This document shows, in pieces, positions 1 to 10,500 of a stretch of 64,000 nucleotides of DNA (position 1 is the stretch's first letter; every line of letters starts with the position of its first letter). The translations under genes and the position numbers were made by a program. Origin of the DNA: Eledone cirrhosa (lineage: Eukaryota); the NCBI GenBank assembly GCA_964016885.1, contig OZ024741.1, positions 250,170,001 to 250,234,000 of the forward strand, in the 5' to 3' direction. The notes under the pieces are model-generated. The model was not told where the DNA came from. It made no database searches and was given only the letters and a program-made list of their open reading frames with translations.

Positions 1-44
1 ATTTGTAAAAAAAAAATCAGGGGGAGATAATTTGTAAAAAAATC

Positions 45-144
45 AAGGGGAGATAATTTCCAGCCGTCCAAGGGGAGATAATTTTCAGCCGTCCAAGGAG
101 AGGTAATTTCTAGCCGTCCAAGGGGAGATAATTTCCAGCCGTCC
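45..144 (+). repeat. B-run type X (4 x 25 bp), representative copy
   Basis: Monomer tails are ccagccgtcc / tcagccgtcc / (aaggagaggtaattt)ctagccgtcc / ccagccgtcc. It is followed by a T(n)A(m) junction and normally by tcaggcggag...gtaaacaaaaa. It recurs throughout the window. Confidence 0.95.
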
Positions 145-283
145 AAGGGGAGATAATTTTTTTTTAAAAATCAGGCGGAGATAATTTGTAAACAAAAATC
201 AGGGGGAGATAATTTGTAAAAAAAAATCAGGGGGAGATAATTTGTAAAAAAAAATCAGGGGGAGATAATTTGTAAAAAAAATC

Positions 284-507
284 AAGGGGAGATAATTTCC
301 AGCCGTCCAAGGGGAGGTAATATCTAGCCATCCAAGGGGAGATAATTTCCAGCCGTCCAAGGGGAGATAATTTCCAGCCGTCCAAGGGGAGATAATATCC
401 AGCCGTCCAAGGAGACATATTTTCCAGCCGTCCAAGGAGAGGTAATTTCTATCCGTCCAAGGGGAGATAAGTTCCTGCCTCCAAGGGGAGATAATTTCCA
501 GCCAGCC
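284..507 (+). repeat. B-run type Y (9 monomers, 224 bp), representative copy
   Basis: Diagnostic variants occur in fixed order: ggaggtaatatctagccatcc, ataatatcc, aaggagacatatttt, aaggagaggtaatttct, the 24-bp monomer ataagttcc(t/a)gcctcc, and terminal ccagccagcc. Confidence 0.95.
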
Positions 508-722
508 AAGGGGAGATAATTTGTAAAAAAATCAGGGGGAGATAATTTGTAAAAAAAAAATCAGGGGGAGATAATTTGTAAAAAAATCAGGGGGAGATAA
601 TTTGTAAAAAAAATCAGGGGGAGATAATTTGTAAAAAAAATCAGGGGTAGATAATTTGTAAAAAAAATCAGGGGGAGATAATTTGTAAAAAAAATCAGGG
701 GGAGATAATTTGTAAAAAAAAC
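508..722 (+). repeat. A-monomer run (8 poly-A monomers), representative copy
   Basis: Tandem (A)GGGGGAGATAATTTGT(A)7-10TC, including the recurrent ggggtag variant. Confidence 0.95.
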
Positions 723-822
723 AGGGGTAGATAATTTTCAGCCCTCCAAGGGGAGATAATTTCCATCCTTCCAAGGTGAGATAATTTCCATCCGTCCAAG
801 GGGAGATAATTTCCCGCCAGCC
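723..822 (+). repeat. B-run type Z (4 x 25 bp), representative copy
   Basis: Entered via aggggtagataatt. Contains ccatccttcc and terminal cccgccagcc, and exits via aaggagagataa(c/t)atttaaaaaaatcaggcgg. Usually occurs as a Z-Z pair. Confidence 0.95.
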
Positions 823-2601
823 AAGGAGAGATAACATTTAAAAAAATCAGGCGGAGATAATTTGTAAAAAAAATCAGGGGGGGATAATTTGTAAAAAAAT
901 CAGGGGGAGATAATTTGTAAAAAAAATCAGGGGGAGATAATTTGTAAAAAAAAATCAGGGGGAGATAATTTGTAAAAAAAATCAAGGGGAGATAATTTCC
1001 AGCCGTCCAAGGGGAGGTAATATCTAGCCATCCAAGGGGAGATAATTTCCAGCCGTCCAAGGGGAGATAATTTCCAGCCGTCCAAGGGGAGATAATATCC
1101 AGCCGTCCAAGGAGACATATTTTCCAGCCGTCCAAGGAGAGGTAATTTCTAGCCGTCCAAGGGGAGATAAGTTCCTGCCTCCAAGGGGAGATAATTTCCA
1201 GCCAGCCAAGGGGAGATAATTTGTAAAAAAATCAGGGGGAGATAATTTGTAAAAAAAAAATCAGGGGGAGATAATTTGTAAAAAAATCAGGGGGAGATAA
1301 TTTGTAAAAAAAAAATCAGGGGGAGATAATTTGTAAAAAAAATCAGGGGGAGATAATTTGTAAAAAAAATCAGGGGTAGATAATTTGTAAAAAAAATCAG
1401 GGGGAGATAATTTGTAAAAAAAATCAGGGGGAGATAATTTGTAAAAAAAACAGGGGTAGATAATTTTCAGCCCTCCAAGGGGAGATAATTTCCATCCTTC
1501 CAAGGGGAGATAATTTCCAGCCGTCCAAGGGGAGATAATTTCCCGCCAGCCAAGGAGAGATAACATTTAAAAAAATCAGGCGGAGATAATTTGTAAAAAA
1601 AATCAAGGGGGGATAATTTGTAAAAAAATCAGGGGGAGATAATTTGTAAAAAAAATCAGGGGTAGATAATTTCCAGCCGTCCAAGGGGAGATAATTTCCA
1701 TCCTTCCAAGGGGAGATAATTTCCAGCCGTCCAAGGGGAGATAATTTCCCGCCAGCCAAGGAGAGATAATATTTAAAAAAATCAGGCGGAGATAATTTGT
1801 AAAAAAAATCAGGGGGAGATAATTTGTAAAAAAATCAGGGGGAGATAATTTGTAAAAAAAAATCAGAGGGAGATAATTTGTAAAAAAAATCAGGGGGAGA
1901 TAATTTGTAAAAAAAAATCAGGGGTAGATAATTTGTAAAAAAAAATCAGGGGGAGATAATTTGTAAAAAAAAATCAGGGGGAGATAATTTGTAAAAAAAT
2001 CAAGGGGAGATAATTTCCAGCCGTCCAAGGGGAGATAATTTTCAGCCGTCCAAGGAGAGGTAATTTCTAGCCGTCCAAGGGGAGATAATTTCCAGCCGTT
2101 CAAGGGGAGATAATTTTTTTAAAAAAATCAGGCGGAGATAATTTGTAAACAAAAATCAGGGGGAGATAATTTGTAAAAAAAAATCAGGGGGAGATAATTT
2201 GTAAAAAAAAATCAGGGGGAGATAATTTGTAAAAAAAATCAAGGGGAGATAATTTCCAGCCGTCCAAGGTGAGGTAATATCTAGCCATCCAAGGGGAGAT
2301 AATTTCCAGCCGTCCAAGGGGAGATAATTTCCAGCCGTCCAAGGGGAGATAATATCCAGCCGTCCAAGGAGACATATTTTCCAGCCGTCCAAGGAGACGT
2401 AATTTCTAGCCGTCCAAGGGGAGATAAGTTCCAGCCTCCAAGGGGAGATAATTTCCAGCCAGCCAAGGGGAGATAATTTGTAAAAAAATTAGGGGGAGAT
2501 AATTTGTAAAAAAAAATTAGGGGGAGATAATTTGTAAAAAAAAATCAGGGGGAGATAATTTGTAAAAAAAAATCAGGGGGAGATAATTTGTAAAAAAAAT
2601 C

Positions 2602-2726
2602 AAGGGGAGATAATTTCCAGCCGTCCAAGGGGAGATAATTTTCAGCCGTCCAAGGAGAGGTAAATTCTAGCCGTACAAGGAGATATAATTTCCAGCCGTC
2701 CAAGGGGAGATAATTTCCAGCCGTCC
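2602..2726 (+). repeat. B-run type X' (5 x 25 bp), representative copy
   Basis: X-like run with ggtaaattctag and aaggagatataattt variants. Recurs near 6765, 14430, 16625, 26645, 32035, 36195, 40560, 48220, 51510, 56310 and 63350. Confidence 0.9.
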
Positions 2727-3197
2727 AAGGGGAGATAATTTAAAAAAAAAAATCAGGCGGAGATAATTTGTAAACAAAAATCAGGGGGAGATAATTTTTA
2801 AAAAAAAATCAGGGGGAGATAATTTGTAAAGAAAAATCAGGGGGAGATAATTTGTAAAAAAAATCAAGGGGAGATAATTTCCAGCCGTCCAAGGGGAGGT
2901 AATATCTAGCCATCCAAGGGGAGATAATTTCCAGCCGTCCAAGGGCAGATTATTTCCAGCCGTCCAAGGGGAGATAATATCCAGCCGTCCAAGGAGACAT
3001 ATTTTCCAGCCGTCCAAGGAGAGGTAATTTCTAGCCGTCCAAGGGGAGATAAGTTCCAGCCTCCAAGGGGAGATAATTTCCAGCCAGCCAAGGGGAGATA
3101 ATTTGTAAAAAAATCAGGGGGGAGATAATTTGTAAAAAAAATCAGGGGGAGATAATTTGAAAAAAAAATCAGGGGGAGATAATTTGTAAAAAATATC

Positions 3198-3347
3198 AAG
3201 GGGAGATAATTTCCAGCCCTCCAAGGGGCTATAATTTCCAGCCGTGCAAGGGGAGATAATTTCCAGCCGTCCAAGGGGAGATAATTTCCATCCTTCCAAG
3301 GGGAGATAATTTCCAGCCGTCCAAGGGGAGATAATTTCCCGCCAGCC
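3198..3347 (+). repeat. B-run type W (6 x 25 bp), representative copy
   Basis: Diagnostic aaggggctataatttccagccgtgc, with exit aagggaagataattttttaaaaaatcaggcggagattgt. The marker is seen 12 times, near 3225, 7387, 15052, 17247, 27268, 32657, 36819, 41181, 48347, 52157, 56937 and 63947. Confidence 0.9.
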
Positions 3348-4436
3348 AAGGGAAGATAATTTTTTAAAAAATCAGGCGGAGATTGTAAAAAAAATCAGGG
3401 GGAGATAATTTGTAAAAAAATCAGGGGGAGATAATTTGTAAAAAAAAAATCAGGGGGAGATAATTTGTAAAAAAAAATCAGGGGGAGATAATTTGTAAAA
3501 AAAATCAGGGGGAGATAATTTGTAAAAAAAATCAGGGGTAGATAATTTGTAAAAAAAATCAGGGGGAGATAATTTGTAAAAAAAATCAGGGGGAGATAAT
3601 TTGTAAAAAAAATCAGGGGTAGATAATTTTCAGCCGTCCAAGGGGAGATAATTTCCATCCTTCCAAGGGGAGATAATTTCCAGCCGTCCAAGGGGAGATA
3701 ATTTCCCGCCAGCCAAGGAGAGATAACATTAAAAAAAATCAGGCGGAGATAATTTGTAAAAAAATCAGGGGGAGATAATTTGTAAAAAAAATCAGGGGTA
3801 GATAATTTTCAGCCGTCCAAGGGGAGATAATTTCCATCCTTCCAAGGGGAGATAATTTCCAGCCGTCCAAGGGGAGATAATTTCCCGCCAGCCAAGGAGA
3901 GATAACATTTAAAAAAATCAGGGGGAGATAATTTGTAAAAAAAAATCAGGGGGAGATAATTCGTAAAAAAAAATCAGGGGGAGATAATTTGTAAAAAAAA
4001 ATCAGGGGTAGATAATTTGTAAAAAAAAATCAGGGGGAGATAATTTGTAAAAAAAAAATCAGGGGGAGATAATTTGTAAAAAAATCAAGGGGAGATAATT
4101 TCCAGCCGTCCAAGGGGAGATAATTTTCAGCCGTCCAAGGAGAGGTAATTTCTAGCCGTCCAAGGGGAGATAATTTCCAGCCGTCCAAGGGGAGATAATT
4201 TTTTTAAAAAAATCAGGCGGAGATAATTTGTAAACAAAAATCAGGGGGAGATAATTTGTAAAAAAAAATCAGGGGGAGATAATTTGTAAAAAAAAATCAG
4301 GGGGAGATAATTTGTAAAAAAAATCAAGGGGAGATAATTTGTAAAAAAAAATCAGGGGTAGATAATTTGTAAAAAAAAATCAGGGGGAGATAATTTGTAA
4401 AAAAAAAATCAGGGGGAGATAATTTGTAAAAAAATC

Positions 4437-4536
4437 AAGGGGAGATAATTTCCAGCCGTCCAAGGGGAGATAATTTTCAGCCGTCCAAGGAGAGGTAATT
4501 TCTAGCCGTCCAAGGGGAGATAATTTCCAGCCAGCC
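4437..4536 (+). repeat. B-run type V (4 x 25 bp; X start fused to Y end), representative copy
   Basis: The first three monomers match X, and the last is ccagccagcc as in Y. Confidence 0.85.
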
Positions 4537-7500
4537 AAGGGGAGATAATTTGTAAAAAAATCAGGGGTAGATAATTTGTAAAAAAAAATCAGGGGGAGAT
4601 AATTTGTAAAAAAAATCAGGGGGAGATAATTTGTAAAAAAAATCAGGGGTAGATAATTTACAGCCGTCCAAGGGGAGATAATTTCCATCCTTCCAAGGGG
4701 AGATAATTTCCAGCCGTCCAAGGGGAGATAATTTCCCGCCAGCCAAGGAGAGATAACATTTAAAAAAATCAGGCGGAGATAATTTGTAAAAAAAATCAGG
4801 GGGAGATAATTTGTAAAAAAATCAGGGGGAGATAATTTGTAAAAAAAAAATCAGGGGGAGATAATTTGTAAAAAAAAAATCAGGGGGAGATAATTTGTAA
4901 AAAAATCAAGGGGAGATAATTTCCAGCCGTCCAAGGGGAGATAATTTTCAGCCGTCCAAGGAGAGATAATTTCTAGCCGTCCAAGGTGAGATAATTTCCA
5001 GCCGTCCAAGGGGAGATAATTTTTTTTAAAAAATCAGGCGGAGATAATTTGTAAACAAAAATCAGGGGGAGATAATTTGTAAAAAAAAATCAGGGGGAGA
5101 TAATTTGTAAAAAAAAATCAGGGGGAGATAATTTGTAAAAAAAATCAAGGGGAGATAATTTCCAGCCGTCCAAGGGGAGGTAATATCTAGCCATCCAAGG
5201 GGAGATAATTTCCAGCCGTCCAAGGGGAGATAATTTCCAGCCGTCCAAGGGGAGATAATATCCAGCCGTCCAAGGAGACATATTTTCCAGCCGTCCAAGG
5301 AGAGGTAATTTCTAGCCGTCCAAGGGGAGATAAGTTCCTGCCTCCAAGGGGAGATAATTTCCAGCCAGCCAAGGGGAGATAATTTGTAAAAAAATCAGGG
5401 GGAGATAATTTGTAAAAAAAAAATCAGGGGGAGATAATTTGTAAAAAAATCAGGGGGAGATAATTTGTAAAAAAAAAATCAGGGGGAGATAATTTGTAAA
5501 AAAAATCAGGGGGAGATAATTTGTAAAAAAAATCAGGGGTAGATAATTTGTAAAAAAAATCAGGGGGAGATAATTTGTAAAAAAAATTAGGGGGAGATAA
5601 TTTGTAAAAAAAATCAGGGGTAGATAATTTTCAGCCCTCCAAGGGGAGATAATTTCCATCCTTCCAAGGGGAGATAATTTCCAGCCGTCCAAGGGGAGAT
5701 AATTTCCCGCCAGCCAAGGAGAGATAACATTTAAAAAAATCAGGCGGAGATAATTTGTAAAAAAAATCAGGGGGAGATAATTTGTAAAAAAATCAGGGGG
5801 AGATAATTTGTAAAAAAAATCAGGGGTAGATAATTTCCAGCCGTCCAAGGGGAGATAATTTCCATCCTTCAAAGGGGAGATAATTTCCAGCCGTCCAAGG
5901 GGAGATAATTTCCCGCCAGCCAAGGAGAGATAATATTTAAAAAAATCAGGCGGAGATAATTTGTAAAAAAAATCAGGGGGAGATAATTTGTAAAAAAATC
6001 AGGGGGAGATAATTTGTAAAAAAAAATCAGTGGGAGATAATTTGTAAAAAAAATCAGGGGGAGATAATTTGTAAAAAAAAATCAGGGGTAGATAATTTGT
6101 AAAAAAAATCAGGGGGAGATAATTTGTAAAAAAAAATCAGGGGGAGATAATTTGTAAAAAAATCAAGGGGAGATAATTTCCAGCCGTCCAAGGGGAGATA
6201 ATTTTCAGCCGTCCAAGGAGAGGTAATTTCTAGCCGTCCAAGGAGAGATAATTTCCAGCCGTCCAAGGGGAGATAATTTTTTTTAAAAAATCAGGCGGAG
6301 ATAATTTGTAAACAAAAATCAGGGGGAGATAATTTGTAAAAAAAAATCAGGGGGAGATAATTTGTAAAAAAAAATCAGGGGGAGATAATTTGTAAAAAAA
6401 ATCAAGGGGAGATAATTTCCAGCCGTCCAAGGGGAGGTAATATCTAGCCATCCAAGGGGAGATAATTTCCAGCCGTCCAAGGGGAGATAATTTCCAGCCG
6501 TCCAAGGGGAGATAATATCCAGCCGTCCAAGGAGACATATTTTCCAGCCGTCCAAGGAGACGTAATTTCTAGCCGTCCAAGGGGAGATAAGTTCCAGCCT
6601 CCAAGGGGAGATAATTTCCAGCCAGCCAAGGGGAGATAATTTGTAAAAAAATTAGGGGGAGATAATTTGTAAAAAAAAATTAGGGGGAGATAATTTGTAA
6701 AAAAAAATCAGGGGGAGATAATTTGTAAAAAAAAATCAGGGGGAGATAATTTGTAAAAAAAATCAAGGGGAGATAATTTCCAGCCGTCCAAGGGGAGATA
6801 ATTTTCAGCCGTCCAAGGAGAGGTAAATTCTAGCCGTCCAAGGAGATATAATTTCCAGCCGTCCAAGGGGAGATAATTTCCAGCCGTCCAAGGGGAGATA
6901 ATTTAAAAAAAAAATCAGGCGGAGATAATTTGTAAACAAAAATCAGGGGGAGATAATTTTTAAAAAAAAATCAGGGGGAGATAATTTGTAAAAAAAAATC
7001 AGGGGGAGATAATTTGTAAAAAAAATCAAGGGGAGATAATTTCCAGCCGTCCAAGGGGAGGTAATATCTAGCCATCCAAGGGGAGATAATTTCCAGCCGT
7101 CCAAGGGGAGATAATTTCCAGCCGTCCAAGGGGAGATAATATCCAGCCGTCCAAGGAGACATATTTTCCAGCCGTCCAAGGAGAGGTAATTTCTAGCCGT
7201 CCAAGGGGAGATAAGTTCCAGCCTCCAAGGGGAGATAATTTCCAGCCAGCCAAGGGGAGATAATTTGTAAAAAAATCAGGGGGGAGATAATTTGTAAAAA
7301 AAATCAGGGGGAGATAATTTGAAAAAAAAATCAGGGGGAGATAATTTGTAAAAAATATCAAGGGGAGATAATTTCCAGCCCTCCAAGGGGCTATAATTTC
7401 CAGCCGTGCAAGAGGAGATAATTTCCAGCCGTCCAAGGGGAGATAATTTCCATCCTTCCAAGGGGAGATAATTTCCAGCCGTCCAAGGGGAGATAATTTC

Positions 7501-10500
7501 CCGCCAGCCAAGGGAAGATAATTTTTTAAAAAATCAGGCGGAGATTGTAAAAAAAATCAGGGGGAGATAATTTGTAAAAAAATCAGGGGGAGATAATTTG
7601 TAAAAAAAAAATCAGGGGGAGATAATTTGTAAAAAAAAATCAGGGGGAGATAATTTGTAAAAAAAATCAGGGGGAGATAATTTGTAAAAAAAATCAGGGG
7701 TAGATAATTTGTAAAAAAAATCAGGGGGAGATAATTTGTAAAAAAAATCAGGGGGAGATAATTTGTAAAAAAAATCAGGGGTAGATAATTTTCAGCCGTC
7801 CAAGGGGAGATAATTTCCATCCTTCCAAGGGGAGATAATTTCCAGCCGTCCAAGGGGAGATAATTTCCCGCCAGCCAAGGAGAGATAACATTTAAAAAAA
7901 TCAGGCGGAGATAATTTGTAAAAAAATCAGGAGGAGATAATTTGTAAAAAAAATCAGGGGTAGATAATTTCCAGCCGTCCAAGGGGAGATAATTTCCATC
8001 CTTCCAAGGGGAGATAATTTCCAGCCGTCCAAGGGGAGATAATTTCCCGCCAGCCAAGGAGAGATAATATTTAAAAAAATCAGGCGGAGATAATTTGTAA
8101 AAAAAATCAGGGGGAGATAATTTGTAAAAAAATCAGGGGTAGATAATTTGTAAAAAAAAATCAGGGGGAGATAATTTGTAAAAAAAAATCAGGGAGAGAT
8201 AATTTGTAAAAAAAAATCAGGGGTAGATAATTTGTAAAAAAAAATCAGGGGGAGATAATTTGTAAAAAAAAAATCAGGGGGAGATAATTTGTAAAAAAAT
8301 CAAGGGGAGATAATTTCCAGCCGTCCAAGGGGAGATAATTTTCAGCCGTCCAAGGAGAGGTAATTTCTAGCCGTTCAAGGGGAGATAATTTCCAGCCGTC
8401 CAAGGGGAGATAATTTTTTTAAAAAAATCAGGCGGAGATAATTTGTAAACAAAAATCAGGGGGAGATAATTTGTAAAAAAAAATCAGGGGGAGATAATTT
8501 GTAAAAAAAAATCAGGGGGAGATAATTTGTAAAAAAAATCAAGGGGAGATAATTTGTAAAAAAAAATCAGGGGTAGATAATTTGTAAAAAAAAATCAGGG
8601 GGAGATAATTTGTAAAAAAAAAATCAGGGGGAGATAATTTGTAAAAAAATCAAGGGGAGATAGTTTCCAGCCGTCCAAGGGGAGATAATTTTCAGCCGTC
8701 CAAGGAGAGGTAATTTCTAGCCGTCCAAGGGGAGATAATTTCCAGCCAGCCAAGGGGAGATAATTTGTAAAAAAATCAGGGGTAGATAATTTGTAAAAAA
8801 AAATCAGGGGGAGATAATTTGTAAAAAAAATCAGGGGGAGATAATTTGTAAAAAAAATCAGGGGTAGATAATTTCCAGCCGTCCAAGGGGAGATAATTTC
8901 CATCCTTCCAAGGGGAGATAATTTCCAGCCGTCCAAGGGGAGATAATTTCCCGCCAGCCAAGGAGAGATAACATTTAAAAAAATCAGGCGGAGATAATTT
9001 GTAAAAAAAATCAGGGGGAGATAATTTGTAAAAAAATCAGGGGGAGATAATTTGTAAAAAAAATCAGGGGTAGATAATTTCCAGCCGTCCAAGGGGAGAT
9101 AATTTCCATCCTTCCAAGGGGAGATAATTTCCAGCCGTCCAAGGGGAGATAATTTCCCGCCAGCCAAGGAGAGATAATATTTAAAAAAATCAGGCGGAGA
9201 TAATTTGTAAAAAAAATCAGGGGGAGATAATTTGTAAAAAAATCAGGGGGAGATAATTTGTAAAAAAAAATCAGGGGAGATAATTTGTAAAAAAAATCAG
9301 GGGGAGATAATTTGTAAAAAAAAATCAGGGGTAGATAATTTGTAAAAAAAAATCAGGGGGAGATAATTTGTAAAATAAAAATCAGGGGGAGATAATTTGT
9401 AAAAAAATCAAGGGGAGATAATTTCCAGCCGTCCAAGGGGAGATAATTTTCAGCCGTCCAAGGAGGTAATTTCTAGCCGTCCAAGGGGAGATAATTTCCA
9501 GCCGTCCAAGGGGAGATAATTTTTTTAAAAAAATCAGGCGGAGATAATTTGTAAACAAAAATCAGGGGGAGATAATTTGTAAAAAAAAATCAGGGGGAGA
9601 TAATTTGTAAAAAAAAATCAGGGGGAGATAATTTGTAAAAAAAATCAAGGGGAGATAATTTCCAGCCGTCCAAGGGGAGGTAATATCTAGCCATCCAAGG
9701 GGAGATAATTTCCAGCCGTCCAAGCGGAGATAATTTCCAGCCGTCCAAGGGGAGATAATATCCAGCCGTCCAAGGAGACATATTTTCCAGCCGTCTAAGG
9801 AGAGGTAATTTCTAGCCGTCCAAGGGGAGATAAGTTCCAGCCTCCAAGGGGAGATAATTTCCAGCCAGCCAAGGGGAGATAATTTGTAAAAAAATCAGGG
9901 GGAGATAATTTGTAAAAAAAAAATCAGGGGGAGATAATTTGTAAAAAAATCAGGGGGAGATAATTTGTAAAAAAAAAATCAGGGGGAGATAATTTGTAAA
10001 AAAAATCAGGGGGAGATAATTTGTAGAAAAAATCAGGGGTAGATTTGCAAAAAAATCAGGGGGAGATAATTTGTAAAAAAAATCAGGAGGAGATAATTTG
10101 TAAAAAAAATCAGGGGTAGATAATTTTCAGCCGTCCAAGGGGAGATAATTTCCATCCTTCCAAGGGGAGATAATTTCCAGCCGTCCAAGGGGAGATAATT
10201 TCCCGCCAGCCAAGGACAGATAACATTTAAAAAAATCAGGCGGAGATAATTTGTAAAAAAATCAGGGGGAGATAATTTGTAAAAAAATCAGGGGGAGATA
10301 ATTTGTAAAAAAAATCAGGGGTAGATAATTTCCAGCCGTCCAAGGGGAGATAATTTCCATCCTTCCAAGGGGAGATAATTCCCAGCCGTCCAAGGGGAGA
10401 TAATTTCCCGCCAGCCAAGGAGAGATAATATTTAAAAAAATCAGGCGGAGATAATTTGTAAAGAAAATCAGGGGGAGATAATTTGTAAAAAAATCAGGGG

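Noticed and set aside
508-722. Poly-A tracts as retroelement tails, terminators or phased bent DNA
   Set aside because: They are integral parts of monomer A, with no element body, target-site duplication or hairpin. The ~27-bp spacing is out of helical phase for additive curvature.
8595-9167. Longest ORF (190 aa), repeated at 18454, 20813, 38026, 42388 and 58144
   Set aside because: Recurrence reflects HOR duplication. The length is a chance run of frame-compatible monomers.
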